Shown here piece after piece: positions 28,260-42,304 of a DNA stretch of 64,000 nucleotides. This DNA is from Bigelowiella natans CCMP2755 (Eukaryota > Protista > Cercozoa), in the NCBI GenBank assembly GCA_000320545.1, contig ADNK01001965.1, positions 62,001-126,000 on the forward strand. The letters run 5' to 3'. The number at the start of each line of letters is the position of its first letter. Position 1 is the first letter of the stretch. Made by a program: the position numbers and the translations under genes. The notes under the pieces are model-generated. The model searched no databases, had not been told where the DNA came from, and saw only the letters and a list, made by a program, of their open reading frames with translations.

Positions 28260-29393
28260 ATTGTGCGCGACGTGGAAATGTTCACACAACAAGACCTGTT
28301 GCCTTTGGGTTTTCACTACGCCAGCTAATCTTTCACAACAGCGAAGTGCAAGAAAGCGGTATGGAAGCGGTGATGATGTTTGTAGCGAGAAGCAGCTCGT
28401 GATTGTGGTTGCAGCGGTCGCAGCAGCAGCAGCAGATGTAGCAGTCGTCGTCTTCGTGACAGTGGTGAGTGGTGAGCAATGAAGCAGCGATGATGTCGTC
28501 AGCAAATTGTGAGCCAACATTCAACGCGTGCACGGAAAGTTTCAATTAATGCCTTGCACGAGCATGCAATGGTCATTGAATTTCACACAGCGTCAGTGCT
28601 TTGTCAATGATCTTGCAAACAACATCTTCACCTCGCCATTTTGGTCAACAAAGTCACGGAAGCACAACACCGGGCTTCACTCATTTCATTGATCTGCGAA
28701 CGAAAAGGCATGGCAACAGAGCAAATGCGGTCCAAGCGAGCGAGGCCCGCACGCGAACATTGTGCGAGCAAGGAGAGGAGAAGTGTGGAAGGAAGGATGA
28801 GGGCTGGTCGCACAATGCAAAGCAGTTTCAGATGTGGACATTGTGGACCATCATGGACTTGGTCATTGCGTGTGTCACACGTGTTGGCCCAAGGTGAATC
28901 AATGATTTTTGTGACTGTCCATTCAAGCATTTGAAATTCGCAACCATGCGCATTCTTGAGCGAAGAAGAAGAGGTGTTTCTGGCAACATTTGTGAACATG
29001 AAAACTGCATCACGCACTGAGTGCGCTGCACGATTGCACAAACAAAGTGATTCCCACTGAGTGAACACATGCATGGGTGAAGCTATTCCTCAGGAGCAGC
29101 TGAGAGGATCATGAGTCACGCCAACTCATCCGTGACCTCTCCAATCAACAATTGTGAAGCCTCCCTGGAACATGAAACAAGCAGTTCCAGATTGAAACAA
29201 TCACAGGTTGCGCTGACTGCTATTGCGTTAGAGTCGTCTCCGTTTTTGCATGTCGCAGAGACCACATCGCCTGAGTTTATAGGCCGTTTTTTTTTCCAGA
29301 AAACCACATGGGCTGTGCTCCCAGAAAAATGCACACACAAAACACAACCACCACACCCCTGCTCTCACGCCCCTCTTCGCTGGGGGGATTTCG

Positions 29394-31459
29394 ATGCCTC
29401 TTCGGACTGCCAGGGTCCTTCGGACCTCCTCCCGCTCGTGGAGGTTTTCAAATCGTTGTTTCATTTCCTGGCCGGCGCTCCCCCTCTGTCGAACGCGCCG
29501 CCATTTCTTCCCGCTAACGCGCAGCTTTGTGACCGCCCCACCGAGTAAGAGTCAGTTGATTTTTTGAGTTGAAAATTTCTCGTGGTGGTGCCATTTTAAC
29601 AAATGGTACTGTTGTTGGGCCTTTAAATAGCTGAAGGTGATTCAAAGAAGGATGACGAGAAATGGACAAACGCGGACTACATTAATTCGAACGCATCGCA
29701 GGTTTGCACTTGTTTTGCGTGTTTTGAAGCAGAAGGTAACTAACACTGTGGTTGCAGACCGTCATTCTTGCTTTCGGATCGGCCATTCTAGGTCTCCTAA
29801 ATCCGCATAGAGCTGATTTGATTGCAGTAAGTACCCTGCCTGACTATTAACGTGTGGAGAGCTGAGATTCAGAGAAACACATTCATTCTTACGCCGATCT
29901 TTTTGATTTGTGTAGATATTAGGCGAGACGACTGGTAGCGTCGCATTGAATCGAATAAAGGTCCTCCTTGTCAACGAATTATGATTTTTCATGATGAAAA
30001 AGGCAAATATTTTTCTTATTCTTCTTCTTCCTCCTCCTCTTCTTCTGCCTTAAGAGCTCAATGGAGCGGACGCTCGAGGGAAGGCTCATTCTGGAACAAA
30101 AACCTCGAGTGAATTCGAAGGTAGCGTCAAGCAAGATATCCCCGAACAAACTAAATCGTTCACGCACGCCTGTCACCGATTGCAGACGGTACCATTGGAA
30201 GCTTTACTAGAGCAGGATCCGAACACGTTTGGGTAAGGAAAGTGCCGTTCAAATTGCAAGATGCAAGAGTTGTTTGCTGGAAACATAAAATGCGTATAAA
30301 ATGTTGTGTCAGATATGCGTATAAAATGTTGTGTCAGATATGCGTACGCTAGATTCATGACTGGGCATGGGTACTTCTTTGATAACTGTTCTAAACAATC
30401 ACCCTACAAGGGAATAAAACCAATAATGAAGATCGCCATGATGCCATACTGCTTTTGAATAATCATTGCACTGTATGTTACTATCGACACGTGTGACGAG
30501 TCGCCCAACCATAGAGCGAGCACACTAATTGAATCTTCGCTTTCCCTTCTCAGATACTCTGCTGATGATCGGCCTGTGGTTGGAGCATATAGACCAGACT
30601 GTGTAACATTTTGAGTCGATTCTCATCGTTCTATGTTCGCTAATCAGGTGAAGCATATTCGGGACATTGAGCTTTCTTACATCATGCAGAGGTTGAAATT
30701 ACAGTGAAAACCACCATTTTATGCCGACGCCTTGCGATTAAAGAATGAATGCGATAAATATGTGTGCAGATATCGAGAAGTCCACGATTTTTGGCACGTA
30801 TTGACTGGTATTGATTGAAGTATCATTCAAATCATCGATTTTGTTGCTGAAGATACGGGGGGGGGGGGGCTCTCAGGTGCTCCGACGACTGTTGAGGGAG
30901 AAATAGGCCAAAAGGCATTCGAGTTTCTACAGGTATTCATTACTCTGCCTTGATTCGCCTACACCTTAGCTAATAAATTGCTTATTGGCTGTTCTTTTCG
31001 TTACTCCTTTTTAAGACCGGGCTTCCTATGGCGGCTCTGAGCACTGCTGTTGGTAGATATTTTGAACCTACTTGTTCATTCGCCTATGCACAAGTCGTTA
31101 TGAAACATGCCTTGGTTTCGTACACTTTAGGCCCCCTGCGTTTGACGAATAACCAGCGCAAGCGCATTCTCACTGGCTACTTGCCGTGGGCATACGCTTG
31201 TAACCAAAGATGCAATTTCCTCATGGGTACGCTTAGACCTACCACCGCCGATTACAATCCCAATCCGCAGTGAAGTGATGCCAATCAGCCAAATAATTTG
31301 GAACTGTCTTCTCGTGTTGATGCTAGTATTATGATTGCACTTACTGTAGGGGTACGGTTTGAGGATTATTTCCAAGAAGACTTGAAGGATTTTAGGGACA
31401 TGCTTGGTGTGGTACCGGTTTCTGAATACGTGACTGAAATAGATGAAGAGACATCATGA
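29394..31459 (+). CDS. COQ4: Ubiquinone biosynthesis protein COQ4, with mitochondrial presequence
   Basis: Arg-rich, acid-free N-terminus MPLRTARVLRTSSRSWRF. Motifs GLLNPHRADLI, GETTG, NTFGYAYARFM, YIMQRYREVHDFWHVLTG (HDxxH) and EGEIGQKAFEFLQTGLPM. Largely missed by the ORF track. Confidence 0.92.
30290..30346 (+). repeat. 25-bp tandem duplication spanning a COQ4 splice acceptor
   Basis: ATGCGTATAAAATGTTGTGTCAGAT occurs twice, followed by ATGCGTA. Confidence 0.9.
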
Positions 31460-32024
31460 AAATATACCGTAGCCGATGTAATTAGCATGCTCCTGCAATG
31501 AGGATAGCGGAGGGTTTATTTATATCAATATAAAGAGCAATGCAACCGTGCAAAGAAAAAATAGATGTATAATGCTCATTTATCACCATTATTATGGGGA
31601 GATTTATCTGCAGGACAGCTTGCAAGCTTTACTGTGGTGCGCAAGAATAAAAAGCTGCTGCACACACATGTGACGTATGTACTTTTCGTGATGACGTGAC
31701 GCTGCATCATGCATTTTTGAGCCTTCACCTTTTATGCATGCATATAGCAGCCCTAGCCAGCCATATTCGAGTACGCACAGCAATGGAATTGTAGCTCGTT
31801 GGACAATCAGGCAGTGCCAACATTACTAATTAAATATACATGGACAGACGGCACACACTAGCGCATTCATTCAGGGCGACTGCAATGTGTATGCTAGAAC
31901 GGAGCATGTTCGTGCTGAAGATTTAGTGTAGCACTGACGATGGGATTGTGTTGAAATCGGATGTGTTTCCCATTTCTGGCGTGAAGCAGTAAATGGCCAC
32001 TGAGAGATACTGTGCTACAGATAT

Positions 32025-33365
32025 CATGCTTCAGCGTATAGTTCCGCTTCCTCCCGCCGACGTTTTTGTATCTTCATTTGTTGATACTGTCAGCTAATGA
32101 TAAGGGAAATTGTTAGACAAATGAAGGGATTGAAGAGCAAGTCTCTTACCTGCGCGTATTGTGCCGCTCGGTGCCTTTGAGAGTACAGATCTTTTTTCGA
32201 AAGCTTTAAATCTTCGTACCGAACTGCGACTCTCCTAACTCGTGCAACTTTCTTCTTATTCCTTATTTGTAGAAAGATACATAGGAGTCTCTCAAATACA
32301 TAAAAATAGTGATAGGAGTGAGTAATAAATGTACTGGTGGCCGCTGTAAAGGGGTCCGATGAGGCAGATGGCAAACTCGTTTATTATTGGGGAGGCCTGG
32401 AAGAATGCTACAAAGTCAGCGTCATTGCGAGCTACCGTCAACAAATTTCTTCAGTGCATAATAGGGAACATATTTTACAATTAAAAGGGAGAACGACACT
32501 ACCAGCTCCGAAACTGCGCAAGCCTCGTATTCAATCTCCAACACAGCCGAATTCTGAGAGGTAAAGTCAGTGAACCTTGAGAAGCTATTAGCATGTCGAT
32601 TCTACGAATCCAGACCTTGTTGAAACCCGGGGCTGATAGCGCACCGAATCTCACGACGAAATCGCTCACACGATACGCCAATCCTTGCACCCTGAACGTG
32701 TGTCTCTTCTGGATGGCACTCTGCATTATCATCATTTCATGGCACCGCTTAGAAATAATAACGCAGAATTTTTTTTAATATGACTTGTCAGCTTCCTGAA
32801 AGCGACCAAAACTTACATGGGAATTGTCCAGAATTTTGCCAAAGTCATGGCTCGTCTCTACGACGTCAGTCTGGATACATTTACTGTGAGATTTGCTCTC
32901 AAGCTACGCAACAGTCACAGACGAAGAAGAGAGGAAGCCGGCACAGGTTACTAACCTCCTCAAGGACAAAATACTCACTATCCTTTGGGTCCGAAAACGC
33001 AACACGACACCTAAATGTAGAAATATTCGTTTCTGTTGATTTGTTTGACAGGGCTCAATATGGATGTACATCTTCCTAGCGATAGCAGGGGCGGCCGCCC
33101 CTACACCCCGAGATTTTGTGTCGGCCTTGTCTTTTCTATAGTAAACATCCACATTTCCGACATATTCGCCGACGATCGTTCCTCCCTGATGAAACAAGAG
33201 ACCGTGTTGTGCAGGTAGGATCCCCTAAGTGAACGAGTTCTGCGCGGTTATTTATTCCTCTCGTGACGTACGTACCAAATTGTTTTTGATTCGGTTAGCG
33301 ATGCTTTCTATTGCCTCCACCAGCGAATCCACAGCATCCACCTGGTACAACAATCGCCATCCCAT
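32025..33365 (-). CDS. MED20: Mediator complex subunit 20-like (last exon approximate)
   Basis: MGWRLLYQ...IKNNL|GGTIVGEYVGNVDVY, FRVQGLAYRVSDFVVRFG, VLEIEYEAC and YSQRHRAAQY follow the Med20 pattern from recall. Confidence 0.65.
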
Positions 33366-33770
33366 TGCCAGCTGTTGACCCTCTCCTAAGAAAGGAATTC
33401 GATGAGGGTGGTGGATTTCGAAACGACGACTTTTCGTGTGGAGCTGAAACCAGAAACCGAAGACAACAGGTCAAAAAAACAAACCAAAAATAACCAAAGA
33501 TCCTACGGATTCTCTCTTCCAATAACAGCGAATACAAAAATGGCCATGTTAACCATCCGCAAGCCCAGTCTTAGATATTTCTTGGTTAGAAAAAAGACGA
33601 ACTTGTCTTCTGCAGCCAGTCACGCGTTGAATTTCCTGGGACAGAGGCGAGAATGATAACAACACCCCACAACATTCGCGAGTCGGATGAAGTGATTCTA
33701 GTGAATCGCCCAGTGATTTTTGACGTCAGAATTGCCACCTATATGTACCAATTGCGACATAGAAATTATC

Positions 33771-35620
33771 ATGTCGCTCGGTCTAAAAGGCGCTTGCAAC
33801 TTCCAGGAATCGAAGGCGTCCAATGGAGAATTCTTGAACCCACCAACGAAGCCCGCCCCCCCTTTCATGCGAGTATTCGCGATTTCGGACATTCACGTTG
33901 ATTTTAAGAAGAACGCAGACTTCCTGAAGAGGTTCGTGTTGTCACCTGTGAGCGTTCCGAAGCACACACCATTCACCGAGCTGCATCATTGCATAGGATT
34001 GTGTCTCATGGGCAGCTTCACGGCGAGTACATCGAGGACGCACTAATCGTGGCTGGAGACGTGTCGCATGAGATAAAACATATATCTTGGGCCCTAGGGG
34101 AGTTTGCGTCTGTGTTCAAATATGTGTTCTACTGTGTTGGGTAATAGAGCTCGCCAGATCAATTAACTAGGGGGGGGGGGGCGAATCCGAATTCATCTTA
34201 TCATTCCATGGGCAGAAATCACGAACTTTGGGTCACTACGGAAGAGAAGAAGAAGAATCTAAATAGTATGGTAATCATCGCGTGTTGTGGTGTGTGCGAA
34301 GAGAGCCAACTACCAAAAAGAAAACTAATATTGTTCTTGCCAGCACAAGTTCGAAGCCGTGATGAAAGCTGCAGAAAAGGTGCTCATGGTTTTTTGAAAC
34401 AGCACTCATCATCAATCAACAAAGTCCCTTGCAACTTTTCAGGTTGGGGCTATAACATCAAGGAAGGATATCGTAACGAAGCACAACAACAATGTCTCGA
34501 TCATTCCGCTGCAGTCTTGGTAGCATAAGCACATCATCAACACTTATACTCGGGTCCATTCCTACCTCGCCCAACTGGCAATAATCTCTTATATACTCAG
34601 GTATGATGGTAGCTTGTTCTTCGATGCGGGCCCGGAGCAGTATAAGTTGTTTTCACCACCATCTCATCAACTTTTCCACTCCACAATCGACCTGTTTCCT
34701 CATATTTTCCTTCGTTCGTCTATTTACTTAGTGCTTATGAGATCTGCACGGACACGCGCATGTGCGAATGGAGGAATCACTTCGAATCCTCCTCCTCTGT
34801 CTCCTCCTCCTCCTCCTCCTCCTCCTCCTCCTCCTCCTCATCATCATCATCATCATCATCGCGATCACCGAATACATCTCAACCCGAGGAGTTCAAAAAT
34901 TGCAGCAGCAGCAGCAGTAACGAGGAAACCAACGCCGAGCGGGAAAAGGGGGCCGAAGAATTGGCGAAGAAGCTCTACCTGGATCGTGTGACAAATCATT
35001 TCTTGAAGATGAATGAGAGGTGTATTGAACCTCGAACGGGAGGAGGAGGAGGAGGAGGAGTGGGTGGTGATGATCACGAGAGTGCCCATAGCAGCATCAC
35101 GAAGGTAGCAACCAGCACTTCTCCTTCATCGACGAAGGCTCAGCTCAAAGACGCAAAAAGAGGCGAGACAGTCGAGGAAGAGGTGGGGAGGGTCGGAGGC
35201 AATGATGGTGGCAAGCCTGGGGGATCGAGAAGTAAAGCTGGAGTAGCGCATACGACTGCAAAGCATCGAGACGAGCTGGATATTGCGGAATTAAAGAAGT
35301 ACGCAGCTACTGAGAAACAGCCACTTGGCGACGAGTCTTTCAAAGATGATCGATCCGATAATGAACAGACCAAAGGAACGATAATAACGTTCTCTCATTT
35401 CTTACCCAGGAAGGTTGTCATTCTACTCACAGCAGCGCGATTTTCAAGCAACAAGGAGAGTGATGAGGAGGGGGTGATGAGATGTTGATGGTGTTTAGTT
35501 ACTGCCTACTTATCCGCCTTTCTCTCTCAATCGTTCATTTGACATCTTTCATTGCTAGGAGTTGATTCTGAATTTCGAGATTGCAAAGCTTGTCAGGAGA
35601 AACGTAATGATATTTGTGTG

Positions 35621-35684
<64 letters not shown>

Positions 35685-36312
35685 CTACAATGTGTTGAAT
35701 TTATCACACATTGCAATCTCACGAATGAACAGCAATGCATGACACAGTGGGATGTTATAGCAACAACCAACATTGTTTACGCTATCCGACAAAAATCCAC
35801 CAGCCGCGATATTATCCCCCTGCACGACTGAATTCTGTTTGGCTATGATCCAGACCACATGGAACTTTTCCAGGATAGCAGGATGTTCACGGCTCGATGA
35901 GCAACTGCGCCGCGCGAAGTAAGTGATATACCTGGCGTGCATTCATTTCTCTTTTGTAAGTTGCAAGTCAGTTGAGTAGTCCGTGCCCGCGTAGCGCGAA
36001 ACATGCGCGCATTGCATCTTGGGTATCTTTTGCATGTCGTGATTTCCACGCGCAGTCATCGTCAAAAACCCGTCAGGTCCCAGATACACGTGTATGGACA
36101 CAGCCATCGGAACGTCAATAAATGCATCGAAGGGGTACACTGACACACCGTCGTCGTGTTACTATTGATCATGCATTTCTAATCGGTCTCGATATATGCG
36201 GCAGGTTTCCTACGTCGGAGCAATGATGGGCTACCCACGCGAACGACAGAACGGCACTTGCAGCTGCAGTGGATTGAAGCTTATATGGGATGAAGAAGCC
36301 AACCTGAGATGA
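33771..36312 (+). CDS. Calcineurin-like metallophosphoesterase (PptH-like subfamily)
   Basis: All five MPP motifs: AISDIH, VAGDV, GNHELW, TFSHFLP and HVYGHSH. C-terminal GYPRER. Low-complexity insert at about 34.78-35.37 kb. Confidence 0.85.
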
Positions 36313-37072
36313 GCGAGCATTCGAAGTTCGGATGGTTGGGTGATGGTCCTCCCTTGGCGATGATGGATTATACCAGTGCTACTAAATATGTAGCGGAAGT
36401 CTTAGAAGATGTTTGTTGCAGACCAATAAAGGTTTGGTACAGTGTACGCGAACGGTTATTAATGTATGGCGCACATTTAAATATCCTGTATTGTATGCGA
36501 GCTATCATCTAAAAATGAACAAGACTGCTCGTCAAGTTAACGCATGTATCGATCGCTCCATATGCGCATTATGAGACGGATTTAATGAATATGTTAAAAA
36601 ATTTGAATCGTCATCCTAATGTAGCTGTGCAAATCTGCGGAATATGTATGTGCTTTTTCACATCGACTGCTGTTTGGAAGATGATGTACGTGAGCAAAAT
36701 AAAGACCATAGACGCTCATTAGAGCTGAGTATTCATTTAAACGTAGTGCGTGATGATATCGTACATAGGATAATTAATTATCGTTTGCAGCCACACTAGC
36801 CCGGCCTGCATAACCGATGACACGCATAAGAACTGCTACACTGCGCCTTATGTTTTCAATATGGTGGTTTGCTTCAGCATTGCTATACGAGAATTAAAGG
36901 TGAATGTGAGTGTAGCACAACTGCATCATTAGGCGCACGCATTCACATCGCAGCTATAATTGCCGGACATTCTAGCGCCATGCACCCGTATGAACGTTGC
37001 TCCGTTGCACAGATAGCGGTCGCATCATTAATTATCGAGGATCGGGTGCGAACAACCATCCTTCTCGCTATT

Positions 37073-38372
37073 TCATTTTTGCAGAATCAAGTTATCTATC
37101 AGTCTTGTTTTTCCGAGTTGCATAGCTCCTGAGAGCATAACCTGAGAATTGCGCAGAGGCATTACGCATCGATGGGGGAAACCTACGGCAATTGCTCCTA
37201 CCGGTGCATCTTCAGCAAGAGTCTCTCCGTCCTGTTATACATCCGATTCGTCGTCATTGGAAGTAGCTGTAAGAGGTGACTGACATGTTGGCTGGTGAGT
37301 CGATGAGAAATACCTTGTATTGCTTTCCCGACTCCATGCAGCACAAATCCAAGTAGAGGAACTCCACCTGCAGGCACGGTACCGAATCTCACTAAAACAG
37401 CAACAGCAACCAGAAATAACAGAATTCAACGTGCCGCGGGCACTTCCTGCACCTTCTCCTCTCGCTGAATCATGTCCTCGCCTGATCACGGTTAGAGTTC
37501 AGCAGTTTGGTGAGCATGCTGCTCCGTGCTGTGCATGAGTTGTCAAGATATCGAGGGGAAGAATGGTTCTTCGTACCCAGTAAGAGCAACCGTCCGGCGT
37601 CTCGTAGGCCATCACTAAAAGCCTAAAGTAGTCCATGAAGCTATGTTTTTTTTAATTTCTCAATTATCATCATCCTCATCGTCACCGTCATCGTTAAATA
37701 CATTGGGGGGGGCACAGCAACACCACCTTCTCCACGGCCTTGAGAGCTTTGTACAGCGTTGTGGCAAAAGGTCTTTGAGCAAAGGATGAGTGAGCAGGCG
37801 AGAGGAGAGAGTCGTGAGTCACAAAAAATGCTGATCTCTCTCCCTCGTTGGCGAATATGATTCATATCGTCAAATATATGCTACCTGTTTTCTGCGCTCA
37901 GATACAAATTCCGACTGCTCATAGCCAGCCCATCTAGCGCCCATTCGTAACAAGAGAAAGAACAAATCAACATGGGATGATGAAATCGGAACAGTTGTGA
38001 AGGCAGAGTGGAGCAATGTCGATGGTGGCGTCTCTCCAGCAATACGCGATTAGATCGAAGAACAAAATCCATCACCAGCGTTCTTGGCTTCATTTCTCAT
38101 TATTGCATGCTGCCTACAATGCTCATTTTCGAGTTGTGAACGGTGGTGGGTTTGTGGGCCGACACCTTCTTCGCGCATAGTAGGGACGACATTCACCTCG
38201 GTGTTCATTAGAAGCTCCCTCACAATTCTAAACGTGTATGCAGCAGCAGCAGCAGCAGCAGCGGCGATAGCAGTGGAGGCAGCATCAGCCTAGTGAAATA
38301 AGGAAAGATGATCTTCTTCCACCTTTTGATGACGATGCACTGCGCCCCGTCCTTTTGGCCGAAGTAGGCCTA

Positions 38373-38417
<45 letters not shown>

Positions 38418-38584
38418 ATCATCATTTACCTTCTTTCAGCGACGAGAAGCAGGGCTATGGATGATATTGGGACCGAAACAAATGTTTGTTCAAGCTACAA
38501 GCTACAAGCACACATATATACTTGCGAAACACTAGGCGCGCCCACCACCACACACACTCAGAGAGAATACCATATTTAATATAA

Positions 38585-38624
<40 letters not shown>

Positions 38625-39940
38625 TGTGCGTGATTTCCGTGCACCATATCTAAGAAACCTTGTGGGGCTGCACTAAGTTGAACAGCTTCGTGACGACCGT
38701 TGCTACCTACAAGTCAGCACAAGGGCACTTCGTTGTCAGGTAGAACAGTGGAAGAGGAGAGAAAAGTCGCAAGCAAACTACGAATCAAGCCGACCCACCC
38801 CTCGAAAGTGTCCTGGCCTGCTTTGTCCCTCGCGCAGGGAGTTCTGACAAAGAATTGTAGAGCACGAGCGCACAGAAAATAACGCTTCTTCTTTTTGACA
38901 AGTTTTTTTGAATGAACATGTTAGTAAATGTATTACCTCTAATTCATCTAAGCCAACAAACACTTTAGCGCCGTCCTCTGGATACCTGCATCGTGTGTGT
39001 GTGTGTGTGTCATACTCGAATGAAGAACGAACAACTTTGAACTACGAGTGAAGTTGCTGCGTGAAAGCATTGCTGCCTGCCGCAAAAACAGTCAAGCACG
39101 TAATAAAACTTGGAGAGTACGAACATCTCGGCTATTGGCGGATGGAACACGGTCGTAAGCTGCAGTCAAAACGCAAAACGCAAAACAACGTTAAGATTCA
39201 CGTTCATTCCGGACAAAAAAGTAACTGTGGTGTCAGGGAAGAGAGGTTGTTTTTGGTGCTGGACCTTGGGCACAGAGCTGAGCTTCTTTATGTCTCCATC
39301 AAGATCACGAGGATACCTACGACAGTAGGAAAGGTCCGCAGAGAATCTTATGGAAAAGTAACATTATTCATCTTTTCGTCCTTCATCCTTTTCGACGCTG
39401 CCATGGCTCTGCCAATCGCATAATGAGCAGACGCGGTGGTGGTGCAGCATAGTGACAGGACGAGGTGGTCAATCACATTCTATTACTGGTCCAGATCCTC
39501 TCCTTCAGCGAATTGAGTCGGGTTCACGAAGATTGAGGTGATAACCTGAGGAAGTGGAGCTTAAGGAAAAGCGTAAGCCTCCCCCCGAGTCAAAGATACC
39601 TCATCGCAAGCTTTGCTAGCTTCCTGCACGAGGGAGATATGGCCGGCATGGAGTGCACCCATCGTGGGAACGAAGCCAACTATCTTTCCTTCCATCTCTA
39701 CAAGAATACCCCTCTTAGTATTAGCACACTACACGTCGCATTTCTGTGGATCCGAGATTCCCCCCCCCCCCCCATCCCCTGCCCTTTCCTCGCACCCATT
39801 CTGTGACGTGCCGCCCGCAGTTGCTCAACACCATCAATGATCTCGACGCCATAGGGGAATTGAGTGGAGCATCCGCGTCGTCGCTGCAAGAAGGCCGGAA
39901 GTCGGGGGAGGAGGCTCAGGGGCCGGCATCGGAGAAGCAT
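37073..39940 (-). CDS. panC: Pantoate--beta-alanine ligase (pantothenate synthetase)
   Basis: [43 protein letters not shown]|DGLAMSSRN and KTRLIDNL. Confidence 0.95.
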
Positions 39941-39978
39941 ACAAGCGTCTGGCGAGAAATGTAGGCGGTTTTGTCATC

Positions 39979-40086
39979 TGCGACAATAGGTTTTCTTCTA
40001 CGAGATAAGAACCCTATTTTCCTCTACAACGGCCATTTTCCCGTCTGCGACAAGGCAGCGTGCGTACGCTTCATCCGACTGCGACA
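39979..40086. promoter_or_regulatory. panC upstream region with three TGCGACA copies
   Basis: Copies at 39979, 40046 and 40080. Confidence 0.55.
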
Positions 40087-40570
40087 ATTGAATGCGCACT
40101 CGTGCACATGCTTCTTTCGACTTGTTCAACCTTTGAAAACACTTCATTCGTGCGCAGATCAGTGGGAAACATCTGTGACTGTGACAATGTACATGCCAAG
40201 GCGATGCAGTGGCAGTGTGGCGATTGTGAAAATGAAACAAAATGATCTGATGTGAAATGAGAAAAGGTGCCGCACAACGTGCAAACGCATGATGAGTGTC
40301 CGACCTTGGCATTGCGCGCTGCAATGTTCGGATGCAACGATTTTTCCAATGAAATGACGATCAAGTGCATGACCATGTCAATGAACACATCTGGTTTTGT
40401 CGGCGCAAATTACGGGGTGGGCACACAATGTGGCGCCCATGCTAGCATGCATGAACAGGCATCACAGCACACATGTGGTTTCTAGGTTGCATGATTGCTG
40501 TGGATGTCGAGGGAGAAATCCACTCTTTGGCTTTAGAGTCAAATTTACCCTCATGTAGGTGACACTATGC

Positions 40571-40929
40571 TTAATATTCATCACAGATTTCTGCATCTCT
40601 TTCTGAATCAAGAAGTGATTTGATATCTCCTTTGTCGCTTTGTGTTATGACAATAGTTTTCTTCGTAGGTGAGTCGACGCAGCAGTTGTATACTTGGAAA
40701 ACGATTCCCATCGTCACGTTAATAGACCAGAGGGCGATGAGAAAAATTTGAAGGGCCTTGAGCATCAAAGGCTGAACACGATTCGTAACGTCATCTTTAG
40801 AAGGCAATTTTTGAAATACTCCATCGAAACAATGAGTTTTGTTTTACGATACACATGTAGAACACTTTGGCTGAGCATACACCATCGTAGGTGAAATTCG
40901 CATGTGCTTAATTTGACGTATAATGGTCT

Positions 40930-41026
<97 letters not shown>

Positions 41027-42304
41027 TGTGTGTGTTGCTTATTTTTCAATTAGTCTCAGATGCACATGTTCCTGCATTTTCAAGGTCTAATGTCGCAGAT
41101 TTGCGTAAGTACATCGCACTCCGAGCCGGCTTCCTTTTCCGCGAACACATATACTGTGCCTACAAGTTATGGCGTGATTCTTCAATCTGTCATCGATCCC
41201 TTCTGACGCTGATGATAGAATGAAATGATAAAAGCTTTTGGTTTACTGTACATGAGAGCTCTGCACAAAACGAAAGTACGCAGAGAATGGTGAACACCCA
41301 GCACCTGATGAATACATGAGTCATCGGTCCCGTAGATTAATGAAGTGATATTATGATCTGATGAAGTACATGGTTGGCCCATTGTAGAAAGAGAAACCTA
41401 GCATGGCAAAGGCCTAAGGACATGTCAAAACCACTCTATTAACCCTTCAGGGGTGACATAATATACAACGTTTCTTTATTAAATACCTCCGCCAGCAATA
41501 AAGCAGCAGTGAGTAGACATATCTTTGTCAAATCTTCTCCACATTTACTCGCCTGATTGCATCAGAAATTTTATTTCCTTTACGTTATGAATGGACTTTT
41601 CTTCCCACAATCACTTGAGTACTTTGTAACCGAAGGTGAGAAATGCCGTTGAGAATAGCATACTGGACGCGACTGTAGGAAAATTCAAATGTAACATGAT
41701 ATAATATAACTCTATGGGAGTGAAACTATTTACCTTCGTAGGCAGCAAAAGAGTCGCTTCCATACCAATGCTTCATTGGTGTACTTATGTTGCAGGAGCT
41801 CTTATTTGCTCCACTTCCACCCTATAATTAAGAAGTCTTAGAACTGGAATTATGTCAACGTCCAGGCACTCACATGGACATTTCCGCTGATGAAGCCAAC
41901 TTTTCCCTCTATGTCTTCTTCTCGATGCATATCTGCTCAAAATTTTTTGGAGATTAGCAAAGATAAGAGATGTGATTAATTTCAATCCTTACCAAAAGAG
42001 CCCCCTGGTTCCACAATATGGGTTGAAATTTGCACTTGGAGAACCAGATGGAGCTACCGGCAACGGGAGGACAACAACAGAGACCAAGGCGGAACAAAGC
42101 AGTCAGCTAATTCAAATTTCAAATGTTCACATAATCCAAAATCATTGCCGAGATAGGTTGACGACAGGGAGTACTCACCGAGAGAAATTTCACGAAGAAC
42201 ATTCCCAGACCCCATTTCAGAAGTTACGACAATGTCAAATCCCATGTCTCTAACCGAAAACTAATGTCAATAGTTCTACAGCAGCCGGGTTCTTTGAAAG
42301 ACAT
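40571..42304 (-). CDS. Small multi-pass membrane protein, possibly TMEM272-like
   Basis: Hydrophobic exons with flanking Cys: SIWFSKCKFQPIL, GTVYVF, GVCSAKVFY and LQIFLIALWSINVTMGIV. Exon structure only partly resolved. Confidence 0.4.
40927..41034. repeat. Compound (CT)n(GT)n intronic microsatellite, representative of dozens in the window
   Basis: Seen directly. Confidence 0.95.

Noticed and set aside
28601-29074. Overlapping ORFs in CATG/TGCA-rich spacers (also 24663-25149, 39998-40485, 56699-57605)
   Set aside because: C/M/H/A-biased translations reflect spacer composition; no domains or splice logic.
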